From an uncultured Thermodesulfobacteriota bacterium (GTDB lineage Bacteria > Desulfobacterota > CAZCTP01): a stretch of 64,000 bases of DNA. Made by a program: the position numbers and the translations under genes. Below are positions 1-8,812 of the stretch, in pieces. Under the pieces are notes generated by a model that was not told where the DNA came from, did not search any database, and saw only the letters and a program-made list of their open reading frames with translations. The stretch is taken from contig CAZCTP010000005.1 of the NCBI GenBank assembly GCA_964501575.1, forward strand, positions 2,446-66,445, in the 5' to 3' direction. Positions within the stretch are counted from its first letter, which is position 1; each line of letters opens with the position of its first letter.

Positions 1-699
1 GGAATAAAATTGGAGAATGTAACTATTAAGGATCTTGGTGAAGCAAGCAGAGTAGTGATTGATAAGGATAATACCACAATTGTCGGAGGAACTGGCTCAA
101 AGGAAGCTATCCAGGAAAGAGCAAATCAAATAAGAAGGCTTATGGATCTTCCTATGACATCCGAATACGATAGAGAAAAATTACAGGAGAGATTGGCAAA
201 ATTGATAGGTGGTGTTGCTGTAATTAAGGCTGGGGGGGCTACAGAAGTAGATATGAAAGAGAAAAAAACAAGGATTGAGGATGCTATTAATGCAACAAAA
301 TCTGCTATAGAAGAAGGAGTTATTCCTGGTGGTGGAGTTGCCTTTATAAGAGCTTCTAAATCTCTGGATTCATTAAATTTAAATGGTGATCAAAAGATAG
401 GAATAAATATTATAAAAAAAGCTTTAGAAGAGCCTATTAAACAGATTGCTGAGAATTCCGGGCTTGAAGGGTCGATTGTAGTAGAAAAAATTAAGGAAAA
501 AGATGGAGCATTTGGGTATAATGCTCTTACAGAAAGATTTGAGGACCTAGTGGAGGCTGGGGTTATCGATCCTACTAAAATCGCAAGAATAGCCCTGCAG
601 AATGCTGCAAGTATAGCATCTTTAATGCTCACAACAGAGGCGGTAGTGGTAGAAATTCCAAAGAAGGAGGAAGGTGGTGGTATTCCACCAATGTATTAA
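1..699 (+). CDS. groEL: Chaperonin GroEL, C-terminal portion (5' end lies upstream of the window)
   Basis: The reading frame is open from base 1. The translation aligns with GroEL residues from about 305 to the C-terminus (DLG...[54 protein letters not shown]). Confidence 0.9.
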   Translation, partial: GIKLENVTIKDLGEASRVVIDKDNTTIVGGTGSKEAIQERANQIRRLMDLPMTSEYDREKLQERLAKLIGGVAVIKAGGATEVDMKEKKTRIEDAINATKSAIEEGVIPGGGVAFIRASKSLDSLNLNGDQKIGINIIKKALEEPIKQIAENSGLEGSIVVEKIKEKDGAFGYNALTERFEDLVEAGVIDPTKIARIALQNAASIASLMLTTEAVVVEIPKKEEGGGIPPMY

Positions 700-704
700 A
701 CAAG

Positions 705-3461
705 ATGGATTATAAAGAGACATTAAATTTACCAAGAACAGAATTTCCAATGAAGGCTAATCTACCTGAAGTAGAGCCTGAGATACTAAAGGAATGGGAA
801 GGTAGGAGGTTATATGAGAAGATAATAGAAAAGCTTAAGGATAAAGAGAAGTTTATTCTTCATGATGGTCCTCCATATGCTAATGGCCATATTCATATGG
901 GGCATGCTTTAAACAAAATTTTAAAAGATATAATAATAAGATATAAAAGCATGTCGGGGTATAGATGTGACTACTTACCAGGATGGGACTGCCATGGGTT
1001 ACCTATAGAGCTTCAGGTGGATAAATATCTTGGTCAAAAGAAGAGATCTATGTCTATATTGGAATTTAGAGAGTTATGTAGAAGATATGCCAGTGAATAT
1101 ATAGATATTCAGAGAGAAGAATTTAAAAGGCTTGGTGTGTTCGGGGAATGGAATAATCCATATCTTACAATGGATTATAAATATGAAGCAACAATTATTA
1201 GAGAGCTTTCCAAATTTGCTGATAGAGGAGGATTAGTAAGAAGGAGAAAGCCTGTTTATTGGTGTATATCATGTGAAACAGCCCTTGCAGAGGCAGAAGT
1301 TGAATATGGTGAACATGAGTCACCTTCAATATATGTGAAGTTTCCATTAATTGGATCCTCAAACAGGTATCTTGTGATCTGGACAACCACTCCATGGACT
1401 ATTCCAGCAAATTTAGCTATTGCCCTGCATCCAGATTTTGAATATGCAGCTATAGAGATTGATAAAGAGATATTTATTTTAGCAGAGGGATTGATTGAGA
1501 ATTTTATAAAGGAAATAGGGGATAAATCTTATAAAATTATAGAAAGATTTAATTCATCTAAAATAGTTGGTAAAAAATGTCGTCATCCATATATTAATAG
1601 AGATTCATTAATAATAAATAGTCTTCATGTTAATCTTGATATAGGTTCTGGCTGTGTCCATATTGCTCCAGGTCATGGTGAGGAAGATTATCAATTAGGT
1701 TTAGAATATGGGCTTGACATATATTCTCCTGTGGATAAAAAGGGTGTATTTAATAAAGATGTGGAATATTTCGCTGGTATAAATGTATTTAAGGCAAATG
1801 AGCTTATAATAAAAAAATTAGAGGAGGTTGGATGCCTTATAAAAGCTGACACCATGAAGCACTCATACCCCCATTGTTGGAGATGTAAAAAACCATTAAT
1901 ATTTAGAGCTACTGATCAATGGTTTATATCAATGGATATAAATGATCTTAGAAAGAGAGCCCTTAAATCCATAGATTCTGTTAAATGGATACCCCCGTCA
2001 GGCAGGGATAGGATATATGGAATGATTTTAAACAGACCTGATTGGTGTATATCAAGACAAAGATTATGGGGAGTTCCTATTCCAGTATTTTATTGTAAGT
2101 CATGTAATAATATTCTTGTAAGAAGTAGTATTATGGAGCATGTTGCTGATATGGTTGAAAAGGATGGAGCAGATATATGGTTCATGCTTGAAGCAAGAGA
2201 GCTGTTACCTGAGGGGACAAGATGTGAAAGATGTAATGGAACAGAGTTTGAAAAAGAGAATGATATTCTTGATGTATGGTTTGACTCGGGTGTAAGCTAT
2301 GCAGCTGTGCTTAAAAAGAGAGGGAATTTAAGGGTTCCCGCTGATATGTATCTTGAAGGGAGTGATCAGCATAGAGGATGGTTCCATAGCTCTCTTTTAG
2401 CATCTGTTGGGGTTGGGGAAGGTGCTCCATATAGATCTGTATTGACACATGGGTTTGTTGTCGATGGAGATGGTAGAAAGATGTCAAAGACTCTGGGAAA
2501 TGTGATATCACCGAAGGAGATAATAGATAAATTTGGTGCAGAGATAGTTCGTCTATGGGTAGCATCTGAAGATTATAAAGAGGATCTAAGACTTTCTCAG
2601 GAAATATTGAAAAGATTATCCGAAGCATATAGGAAGATAAGAAATACATGTAGATATATGCTTGGCAATATATATGATTTTGATCCTGTTAAAGATGGTA
2701 TAAAATATAATAAACTTATTGAGATTGATAGATTAGCATTATATAGATTAAATATGCTTATAAATAGGGTGCGAAACGCCTATGAGAAATATGAATTTCA
2801 TATTGTATTTCATTCAATTCATAATTTTTCTATTGTAGAGATGAGTAATTTCTATCTGGATGTATTAAAGGATCGTCTATACACATTTAAAAAAGATTCA
2901 TTTGAAAGGAGATCAGCTCAAACAGTTATATATAACATAGTTGTCTCTATTGCTAAACTTATAGCTCCAATATTACCTTTTACAGCAGAGGAGGTATGGA
3001 GATATATTCCATCAAAGAAGAATAATGATAGTATTCATCTAACAGAATTCCCCGAGTTTAATGAGGCTTACAATGATACCGAATTAGCCAAGAGATGGAA
3101 TATATTGCTTGATGTTAGGGAGGATGTTAAAAAGGCTCTGGAAATTTCCAGAAATAATAGAGTTATAGGAAGTTCTCTAGACGCCTTAATAGATATAAAA
3201 GTAGAGGGGGAAATTTTTGAACTCTTAAACAGATATAAGGATGAGCTTAAAACAATATTTATTGTTTCTGAGGTAAGATTAAATAATGACGTAAAAGGTG
3301 ATATATATGAAAGTCTTACTATAAGTGGATTGAAGATAAAGGTAACAAGAGCTCCTGGTAAAAAGTGTGAGAGATGTTGGAATTATAGTACCACAGTAGG
3401 AGAAAATAGAATATTTCCATCTATATGTGATAGATGCATTAAAGTACTTAAAGAAAATTGA
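705..3461 (+). CDS. ileS: Isoleucyl-tRNA synthetase
   Basis: 918 aa with a class I HIGH motif (PYANGHIHMGH), KMSKS (KMSKTLGN) and a C-terminal CxxC...CxxC zinc finger. It starts 5 bp after the groEL stop. Confidence 0.95.
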   Translation: MDYKETLNLPRTEFPMKANLPEVEPEILKEWEGRRLYEKIIEKLKDKEKFILHDGPPYANGHIHMGHALNKILKDIIIRYKSMSGYRCDYLPGWDCHGLPIELQVDKYLGQKKRSMSILEFRELCRRYASEYIDIQREEFKRLGVFGEWNNPYLTMDYKYEATIIRELSKFADRGGLVRRRKPVYWCISCETALAEAEVEYGEHESPSIYVKFPLIGSSNRYLVIWTTTPWTIPANLAIALHPDFEYAAIEIDKEIFILAEGLIENFIKEIGDKSYKIIERFNSSKIVGKKCRHPYINRDSLIINSLHVNLDIGSGCVHIAPGHGEEDYQLGLEYGLDIYSPVDKKGVFNKDVEYFAGINVFKANELIIKKLEEVGCLIKADTMKHSYPHCWRCKKPLIFRATDQWFISMDINDLRKRALKSIDSVKWIPPSGRDRIYGMILNRPDWCISRQRLWGVPIPVFYCKSCNNILVRSSIMEHVADMVEKDGADIWFMLEARELLPEGTRCERCNGTEFEKENDILDVWFDSGVSYAAVLKKRGNLRVPADMYLEGSDQHRGWFHSSLLASVGVGEGAPYRSVLTHGFVVDGDGRKMSKTLGNVISPKEIIDKFGAEIVRLWVASEDYKEDLRLSQEILKRLSEAYRKIRNTCRYMLGNIYDFDPVKDGIKYNKLIEIDRLALYRLNMLINRVRNAYEKYEFHIVFHSIHNFSIVEMSNFYLDVLKDRLYTFKKDSFERRSAQTVIYNIVVSIAKLIAPILPFTAEEVWRYIPSKKNNDSIHLTEFPEFNEAYNDTELAKRWNILLDVREDVKKALEISRNNRVIGSSLDALIDIKVEGEIFELLNRYKDELKTIFIVSEVRLNNDVKGDIYESLTISGLKIKVTRAPGKKCERCWNYSTTVGENRIFPSICDRCIKVLKEN

Positions 3462-3925
3462 AGAGATATATAATACCCTTTTCAATATCTATAATATTTC
3501 TGGATCAGATTACAAAATATATGGTATCAAAATATCTTACTCTTTATGAATCTATAGAAATAATAGCGGGGAAATTTAATATTACTTATATAAAAAATAG
3601 GGGTGGAGCATTTGGTATATTGGGGTGGATAGATTCACCACTCCTGAATATTGGATTTTTATTATTATCTATATTAGCATTGATAATAATAATCCTGCTT
3701 ATAAAGAAAGCCGATGATAAAGCTGTTATTCCTAACATTTCATTCTCTTTAGTCCTTGGTGGAGCATTGGGTAATATGATAGATAGGATAAGGATAGGTG
3801 AAGTTATTGATTTTCTTGATATACACTGGAATTCTTATCATTGGCCAGCATTTAATATCGCGGATAGTGCAATAACTATAGGAATGATCCTTTTAATATT
3901 TGACATTATAAGGAGGAAGGGATGA
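3458..3925 (+). CDS. lspA: Lipoprotein signal peptidase II
   Basis: Four predicted TM segments and the conserved NRGGAFG and FNIADSAI motifs. The TTG start overlaps the ileS stop, reproducing the classic ileS-lspA arrangement. Confidence 0.75.
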   Translation: MKRYIIPFSISIIFLDQITKYMVSKYLTLYESIEIIAGKFNITYIKNRGGAFGILGWIDSPLLNIGFLLLSILALIIIILLIKKADDKAVIPNISFSLVLGGALGNMIDRIRIGEVIDFLDIHWNSYHWPAFNIADSAITIGMILLIFDIIRRKG

Positions 3926-4377
3926 ATAGTAAAATATTTACCAAGATTGTATGTGGTGTTTATGTGGTTACAGTAAAAAAGGATGATATTATAAATGGGA
4001 TTACCATTGCCTGGGCAAATAGGGTATCACATTCTCCTTCACTTATAATGATATCCGTGGGTAAGAAACATTTTAGTCATGAGTTAATTAAGGAAGGTAA
4101 GGTATTTGCATTAAATATTCTAAGTGATGAACAGAAGGATATAGCAAAAATTTTTGGGTTAAAATCGGGCAGAGGTATTAATAAATTTAAGGATATAGAA
4201 TATACTACAAAATCTACAGGATGTCCTATATTAAAGAATTGCATAGGATATTTAGATTGTAAGGTTGTTTCATCATTAGAAGCTGGGGACCATACCCTAT
4301 TTATAGGTGAAGTTATAGAAGGGGAGCTTTATAATGATAAGGCTACATTGATATATAATCCAGATGATTATTTTTGA
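3922..4377 (+). CDS. Flavin reductase-like domain protein (NAD(P)H:flavin oxidoreductase family)
   Basis: 151 aa with similarity to the PF01613-type flavin reductase fold. ATGA overlap with lspA. Confidence 0.55.
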   Translation: MNSKIFTKIVCGVYVVTVKKDDIINGITIAWANRVSHSPSLIMISVGKKHFSHELIKEGKVFALNILSDEQKDIAKIFGLKSGRGINKFKDIEYTTKSTGCPILKNCIGYLDCKVVSSLEAGDHTLFIGEVIEGELYNDKATLIYNPDDYF

Positions 4378-4383
4378 ATTTAT

Positions 4384-4467
4384 TGCCGAAGGGGGGACTC
4401 GAACCCCCACAAGGTTGCCCTTACTAGATCCTGAATCTAGTGCGTCTCCCAATTCCGCCACTTCGGC
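4384..4467 (-). tRNA. tRNA-Leu (anticodon CAG), class II with a long variable arm; no encoded CCA
   Basis: The reverse complement folds as a cloverleaf: acceptor stem GCCGAAG/CTTCGGC, anticodon stem CTAGA/TCTAG with loop TTCAGGA, T arm GGGGG-TTCGAGT-CCCCC, discriminator A. It is GC-rich against the AT-rich genome. Confidence 0.85.
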
Positions 4468-4510
4468 TTTATAATAAAAATTATATTATTAATTTTGGAG
4501 ATTTGTCAAT

Positions 4511-5446
4511 ATGAAGCTATTTAGAAAGATAGAGGATATTAAAGAGAAATTTAGAAACCCGGTACTTACAATAGGTAATTTTGATGGTGTGCATATAGGT
4601 CATAGAAGGATCTTTGATATAGTTAAGGAGAAAGCTTCGAAAATAAATGGAGATTCAGTGGTATTTACTTTCGAACCTCATCCTGTAAAGCTTCTTATTC
4701 CGAATAAAGGTCCGTTTCTTATAACTACCTTTGAGGAGAAGATAAGATTGATTGAAGAATCTGATATAGATATTATAGTATGTCCTAATTTTGATATGAA
4801 TTTCGCAAATCAGACTCCAAGAGAATTTATTGAAAATGTTTTTGTTAATATAATAGGGATTAAAGAAGTTGTAATAGGTTATGATTATCTATTTGGTAAA
4901 AATAGAAAAGGGAATATTAATACTATCAAGGATTTTGGTAAAGAATATGGATTTAATGTTGATGTAATCAAACCGATAAAAGTAGACAATACTATTGTTA
5001 GCTGCACAAAGATAAGGGAATATATAAAAAAAGGGATGGTAAAAGAGGCATCCCTATTATTAGGAAGAGATTATTATATTGATGGTTATGTAATCAGTGG
5101 AAGAGAAAGAGGAAGGAAGTTGGGATTTCCCACAGCCAATTTAAATCCTTATAATGAACTAATACCGAAGTCTGGAGTATATGTTGCTAAAATAGTATAT
5201 TCAAACAGGATGTTTGAAGGGGTGGTAAATATAGGTAATAATCCAACATTTAGCGATACTTCCTTTTCTATAGAGGCACATATGTTTAACTTCAATAAGG
5301 ATATATATGGAGAGAAGATAAGAATAATATTTATTGATAGATTAAGAGAAGAGGTAGCATTCAAGAATCCTGATGATTTAAAAAGACAGATAGAGATTGA
5401 TATAATAACCGCAAAGAAGATATTAAACCTGAGTTACTCAAAATAA
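4511..5446 (+). CDS. ribF: Bifunctional riboflavin kinase / FAD synthetase
   Basis: N-terminal FAD synthetase motif (GNFDGVHIGHRRI) and a C-terminal riboflavin kinase domain (GFPTANL...). 311 aa. Confidence 0.9.
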   Translation: MKLFRKIEDIKEKFRNPVLTIGNFDGVHIGHRRIFDIVKEKASKINGDSVVFTFEPHPVKLLIPNKGPFLITTFEEKIRLIEESDIDIIVCPNFDMNFANQTPREFIENVFVNIIGIKEVVIGYDYLFGKNRKGNINTIKDFGKEYGFNVDVIKPIKVDNTIVSCTKIREYIKKGMVKEASLLLGRDYYIDGYVISGRERGRKLGFPTANLNPYNELIPKSGVYVAKIVYSNRMFEGVVNIGNNPTFSDTSFSIEAHMFNFNKDIYGEKIRIIFIDRLREEVAFKNPDDLKRQIEIDIITAKKILNLSYSK

Positions 5447-5479
5447 TGTAAGCTTATTCTATTCTATGTCATTTTGGTA

Positions 5480-6082
5480 TCAATGAATATTACCGTGCAT
5501 CATTCCCTTTCCCATTTCTGGTATATTTATTTTCTGGTAACCAGTAGGTATTTCAAAGAGGTTATTAGGCTGTTTCTCAATCTTAATATTCTTAAGCTCC
5601 TGACTCCAGCTTCCATCAATAGCAGCTGATTTAATGGTGAAATCAATATCTGTCGCTATCCATTGATATACTTTAAATAAACTATCTCTGTATTTTAAAG
5701 TAACCTCATATTTTTTTGTAGGATGTCCATTTATAGTCTCTGTTCCGATAAGCTTTCTACTAACTTCCCCCTTAACCTTCTTCTCAAACTGTATTCCACT
5801 TTTAACATTAAAAGGAACCTCCATCCACATCCTTTGTTCAGGCATTATCATCCACATAATCTCTTTATCTTTCCTAATAATATTATAGCCTTTATGAACT
5901 GTATCCAAAACTTCCATTCGAATCTTATCCTGCTTATAGTAAATTTTACTTTTAAAAGTTCTACCTGAAGTCTTATGGATTGAATCAGCTGAAAATTCAA
6001 TAGCTATCACCGGATATATTAATAAAATAACACATCCCACAGCCAGAAACATCAATATTGATGACTTTCTTAACCTTTCCAT
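5480..6082 (-). CDS. Secreted hypothetical protein (N-terminal signal peptide; possible LolA-like/lipoprotein-sorting-like fold)
   Basis: 200 aa with a hydrophobic N-terminus (SILMFLAVGCVILLI). A strong SD (AGGAGGGGG) precedes the ATG. Function unknown. Confidence 0.55.
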   Translation of the reverse strand: MERLRKSSILMFLAVGCVILLIYPVIAIEFSADSIHKTSGRTFKSKIYYKQDKIRMEVLDTVHKGYNIIRKDKEIMWMIMPEQRMWMEVPFNVKSGIQFEKKVKGEVSRKLIGTETINGHPTKKYEVTLKYRDSLFKVYQWIATDIDFTIKSAAIDGSWSQELKNIKIEKQPNNLFEIPTGYQKINIPEMGKGMMHGNIH

Positions 6083-6321
6083 TTTTACCCCCTCCTATTT
6101 TTGACATTTAATATAACACATTTTACCCATTAATAATACAAATTTTTTATTTTCTTTAATCAGTTTGTCTATAGAGCTTACAAAAAGATAGACTACTTTT
6201 TAACCCGATTCCTTCTAAAGAAGTATCGGCTTCCATATCTTTCTGTCAGATTAAGAAGGGGAATTTGGTATATTTTGAAATGATATATTATAGATTCTAT
6301 TAGGAGTGAGTAGTATGATGA

Positions 6322-6349
6322 TTGACTTTTAAGAACAATATTATATAAT
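6322..6349 (+). promoter_or_regulatory. Candidate sigma70-type promoter (TTGACT-N16-TATAAT) for the 6450-16590 operon
   Basis: The hexamers were read directly from the sequence, about 100 nt upstream of the SDR start. Confidence 0.35.
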
Positions 6350-6449
6350 TAATATTATTGATAATTTATAAAATTATTATAAAATTATATATGATATCAA
6401 AAAGATTTTTATAATAAAGGGAGAAAATTAATAACTTTTAAGATAAAAG

Positions 6450-7259
6450 ATGGGTATATTATCAAAAAAAATAGCAATTATTACAGGAGGGGGAACTGGC
6501 ATAGGGAAGGCTATCTCCCTTGCCTATGCTAAAGAAGGATGTGATCTCGTAATAGCTCAAAGAACCTATGAAGCAGCTAAGAGGATGTCTGATCAGATAA
6601 AGAGTATGGGAAGGAGGGCCCTGGCATTAAAAACCGATATATCCAAGAGTGAGGATATCCGTAACCTTGTAAAAACCACTTTAGAAGAATTTGGAAGGAT
6701 AGATATATTGGTTAATAATGCAGCAGTATTCTTTCCGGTTCCCTTCTTAGAAATTTCAGAAGAGGAATTGGATATGGTGCTGTCTATAAACCTTAAAGGA
6801 ACCTTCTTACTCAGTCAGGCAGTGGCTAAAGAGATGGTCAAGAGGAGGAAAGGTAAAATTATAAATGTAGGTGCAGGACAGTCTTTACTTGGCATCCCCT
6901 TCTTCTCCCACTATGCCTCCTCAAAGGGAGGAATAAATGCTTTAACCAGGAGTATGGCAGCAGAGCTATCTCCCTATGGTATATATGTAAATGTAGTATC
7001 ACCTGGATATATCCTCACTGATAAGGTAATAGAGCTTCTTCCCCCTGAATTTGCTCAGGCGTTGACAGAGGTTATAACATCTTCAACCCCTTTAGGGAGG
7101 CTTGCCACCCCAGAAGAATGTGCTGGTGCAGCACTATATTTAGCATCTGATGAAAGTAATGGAGTGACAGGACATATTATTCCGGTAGATGGGGGCTGGA
7201 GTTCTGCTGTAAATTTGAATGAGATGATAAACAAATATAAGGAAAGGAGAGATAAATGA
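6450..7259 (+). CDS. Short-chain dehydrogenase/reductase (SDR)
   Basis: TGGGTGIG Rossmann motif, NNAA, and a YASSK catalytic Tyr-x3-Lys. 269 aa. Confidence 0.85.
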   Translation: MGILSKKIAIITGGGTGIGKAISLAYAKEGCDLVIAQRTYEAAKRMSDQIKSMGRRALALKTDISKSEDIRNLVKTTLEEFGRIDILVNNAAVFFPVPFLEISEEELDMVLSINLKGTFLLSQAVAKEMVKRRKGKIINVGAGQSLLGIPFFSHYASSKGGINALTRSMAAELSPYGIYVNVVSPGYILTDKVIELLPPEFAQALTEVITSSTPLGRLATPEECAGAALYLASDESNGVTGHIIPVDGGWSSAVNLNEMINKYKERRDK

Positions 7260-8812
7260 TGAAAGAATACGATCTTATAGTGGTTGGTTCAGGTCATAAT
7301 GGATTAATAGGAGGATGTTACTTAGCAAAGTCAGGATTAAAGGTTTTGGTCCTGGAAAAGAGAGAAATTCTTGGAGGTGGAGCCACAACAGAAGAGCTTA
7401 CCCTTCCTGGATTTAAACACGATGCCTGTTCCAGTGAACATGTTCTTATATTCTTTGGGCCGGTTATTAAAGAGCTTGAATTGGAGACCAGATATGGACT
7501 TGAATACTATTTCCATCCGGTTCTCTATGGGGTAGGTTTTATGGATGGAACAAGTATAGCTATGTATAAAGAGGTTAAAAAAACATGTGAGAGTATAGCT
7601 AAAGTTTCAGAGAAAGACGCAGATACTTATTTGTCCCTTTATAACAAATTTTTAAGTATTAAAGAGCCATTTTTGTCTCAGTCTTTTTCTCCACCTGTAG
7701 ACCCATCTGTCTTCTTTGGTAACTTAGAAAGGGTAGAAGGGGGAAAGGAGTTAGCCAGGCTCGCTATGTTAAATCCAAAGGAGGTTTTAGACGAATTATT
7801 TGAGGATGAAAGAACAAAGGGTTTTATATATGGGATGAGTGGAGCTGCATTATTGAATAGTCCTGATGAATTTGGAAGTGGTCTATCCATCTTTATTACC
7901 CTGGGTCTTCAATATTATGGAAAGATAGGAAAGGCTGTTGGTGGTGCAGGGATGTTAACATATTCTTTAAGGAAATGTCTTGAGGATAATGGGGGCGAGA
8001 CAAGAGTTAATTCTGAAGTAGATAGGATTATTGTAGAGGATGGTAAGGCTTCAGGAGTAAAGTTAAAAGATGGAGAAATAATAAAAGCAAAGAAGGCTAT
8101 TCTTGTTAATAGCCCACCTCATCTTATTGTAAAAATGGTAGGCAAAGACTATGTAGGAGAGGATTTCAGCAGAAAGGCAGAGAATTTTAGATTCGGAACG
8201 GGGCTCTTTGCTATCCATTTGGCCTTAGATGGTGAGGTAAATTTCAATGCTTCTGAATTAAATGGATGTGGAGCAACTATAATCTATGAAACCCTTTCTC
8301 ACAGTCTCAAGTGTTTCAATGAATGTAAAGAGGGAAGGATACCATGGGATAATATCTGTCTTTATTTTACAAATTATAATCTTGGACTTTCGTCCAGGGC
8401 AAAGAGAGCTCCTGAAGGGAAAGCAGCTGCACTTCTTATGGGAATACCTGTTCCTGCATTCTTTTCTGATGGGTCATCATGGCACTTTCATAAGATGAAA
8501 TTTGCTGAAGCTCTTATTTCAAAGCTGGAAGAATATGCACCTAATATAAGATCCCTAATTATTAAAAGCAGGATTGAATCCCCATCAGATATTGAAAGGA
8601 GAATACCAGGAATGGTAGGAGGGGATATTATGATAGGAAGAAATTCTTTAGAACAGTACTTTTTTAGGCCATTTCCTGGATATACACATTATAGAACATC
8701 TATACCAAATCTTTATATGACAGGGGGAGCTACCTGGCCTTCTGGTGGAATTTCTGGAGCTTCGGGTTATAACGTTGCAAATATAATAAAAGAGGATTTG
8801 AATATCAGATGA
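7256..8812 (+). CDS. FAD-dependent oxidoreductase, phytoene-desaturase (CrtI)-like / COG1233 family
   Basis: N-terminal GxGxxG dinucleotide-binding motif (VVGSGHNGL) followed by VLE...GG. 518 aa. ATGA overlap with the SDR. Confidence 0.7.
   Translation: MMKEYDLIVVGSGHNGLIGGCYLAKSGLKVLVLEKREILGGGATTEELTLPGFKHDACSSEHVLIFFGPVIKELELETRYGLEYYFHPVLYGVGFMDGTSIAMYKEVKKTCESIAKVSEKDADTYLSLYNKFLSIKEPFLSQSFSPPVDPSVFFGNLERVEGGKELARLAMLNPKEVLDELFEDERTKGFIYGMSGAALLNSPDEFGSGLSIFITLGLQYYGKIGKAVGGAGMLTYSLRKCLEDNGGETRVNSEVDRIIVEDGKASGVKLKDGEIIKAKKAILVNSPPHLIVKMVGKDYVGEDFSRKAENFRFGTGLFAIHLALDGEVNFNASELNGCGATIIYETLSHSLKCFNECKEGRIPWDNICLYFTNYNLGLSSRAKRAPEGKAAALLMGIPVPAFFSDGSSWHFHKMKFAEALISKLEEYAPNIRSLIIKSRIESPSDIERRIPGMVGGDIMIGRNSLEQYFFRPFPGYTHYRTSIPNLYMTGGATWPSGGISGASGYNVANIIKEDLNIR

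Noticed and set aside
390-632. Short antisense or alternative-frame ORFs from the six-frame track that lie inside long confidently assigned genes (e.g. 390-632, 1198-1395, 2311-2649, 5723-5968, 7678-7890, 21146-21442, 29585-30049, 35259-35564, 36466-37056, 46920-47411, 53760-54614, 60243-60764)
   Set aside because: They are fully embedded in, or antisense to, genes with strong family signatures. Their low-complexity, S/I/L/F-rich translations are typical of AT-rich shadow frames, and they have no SD or independent homology.
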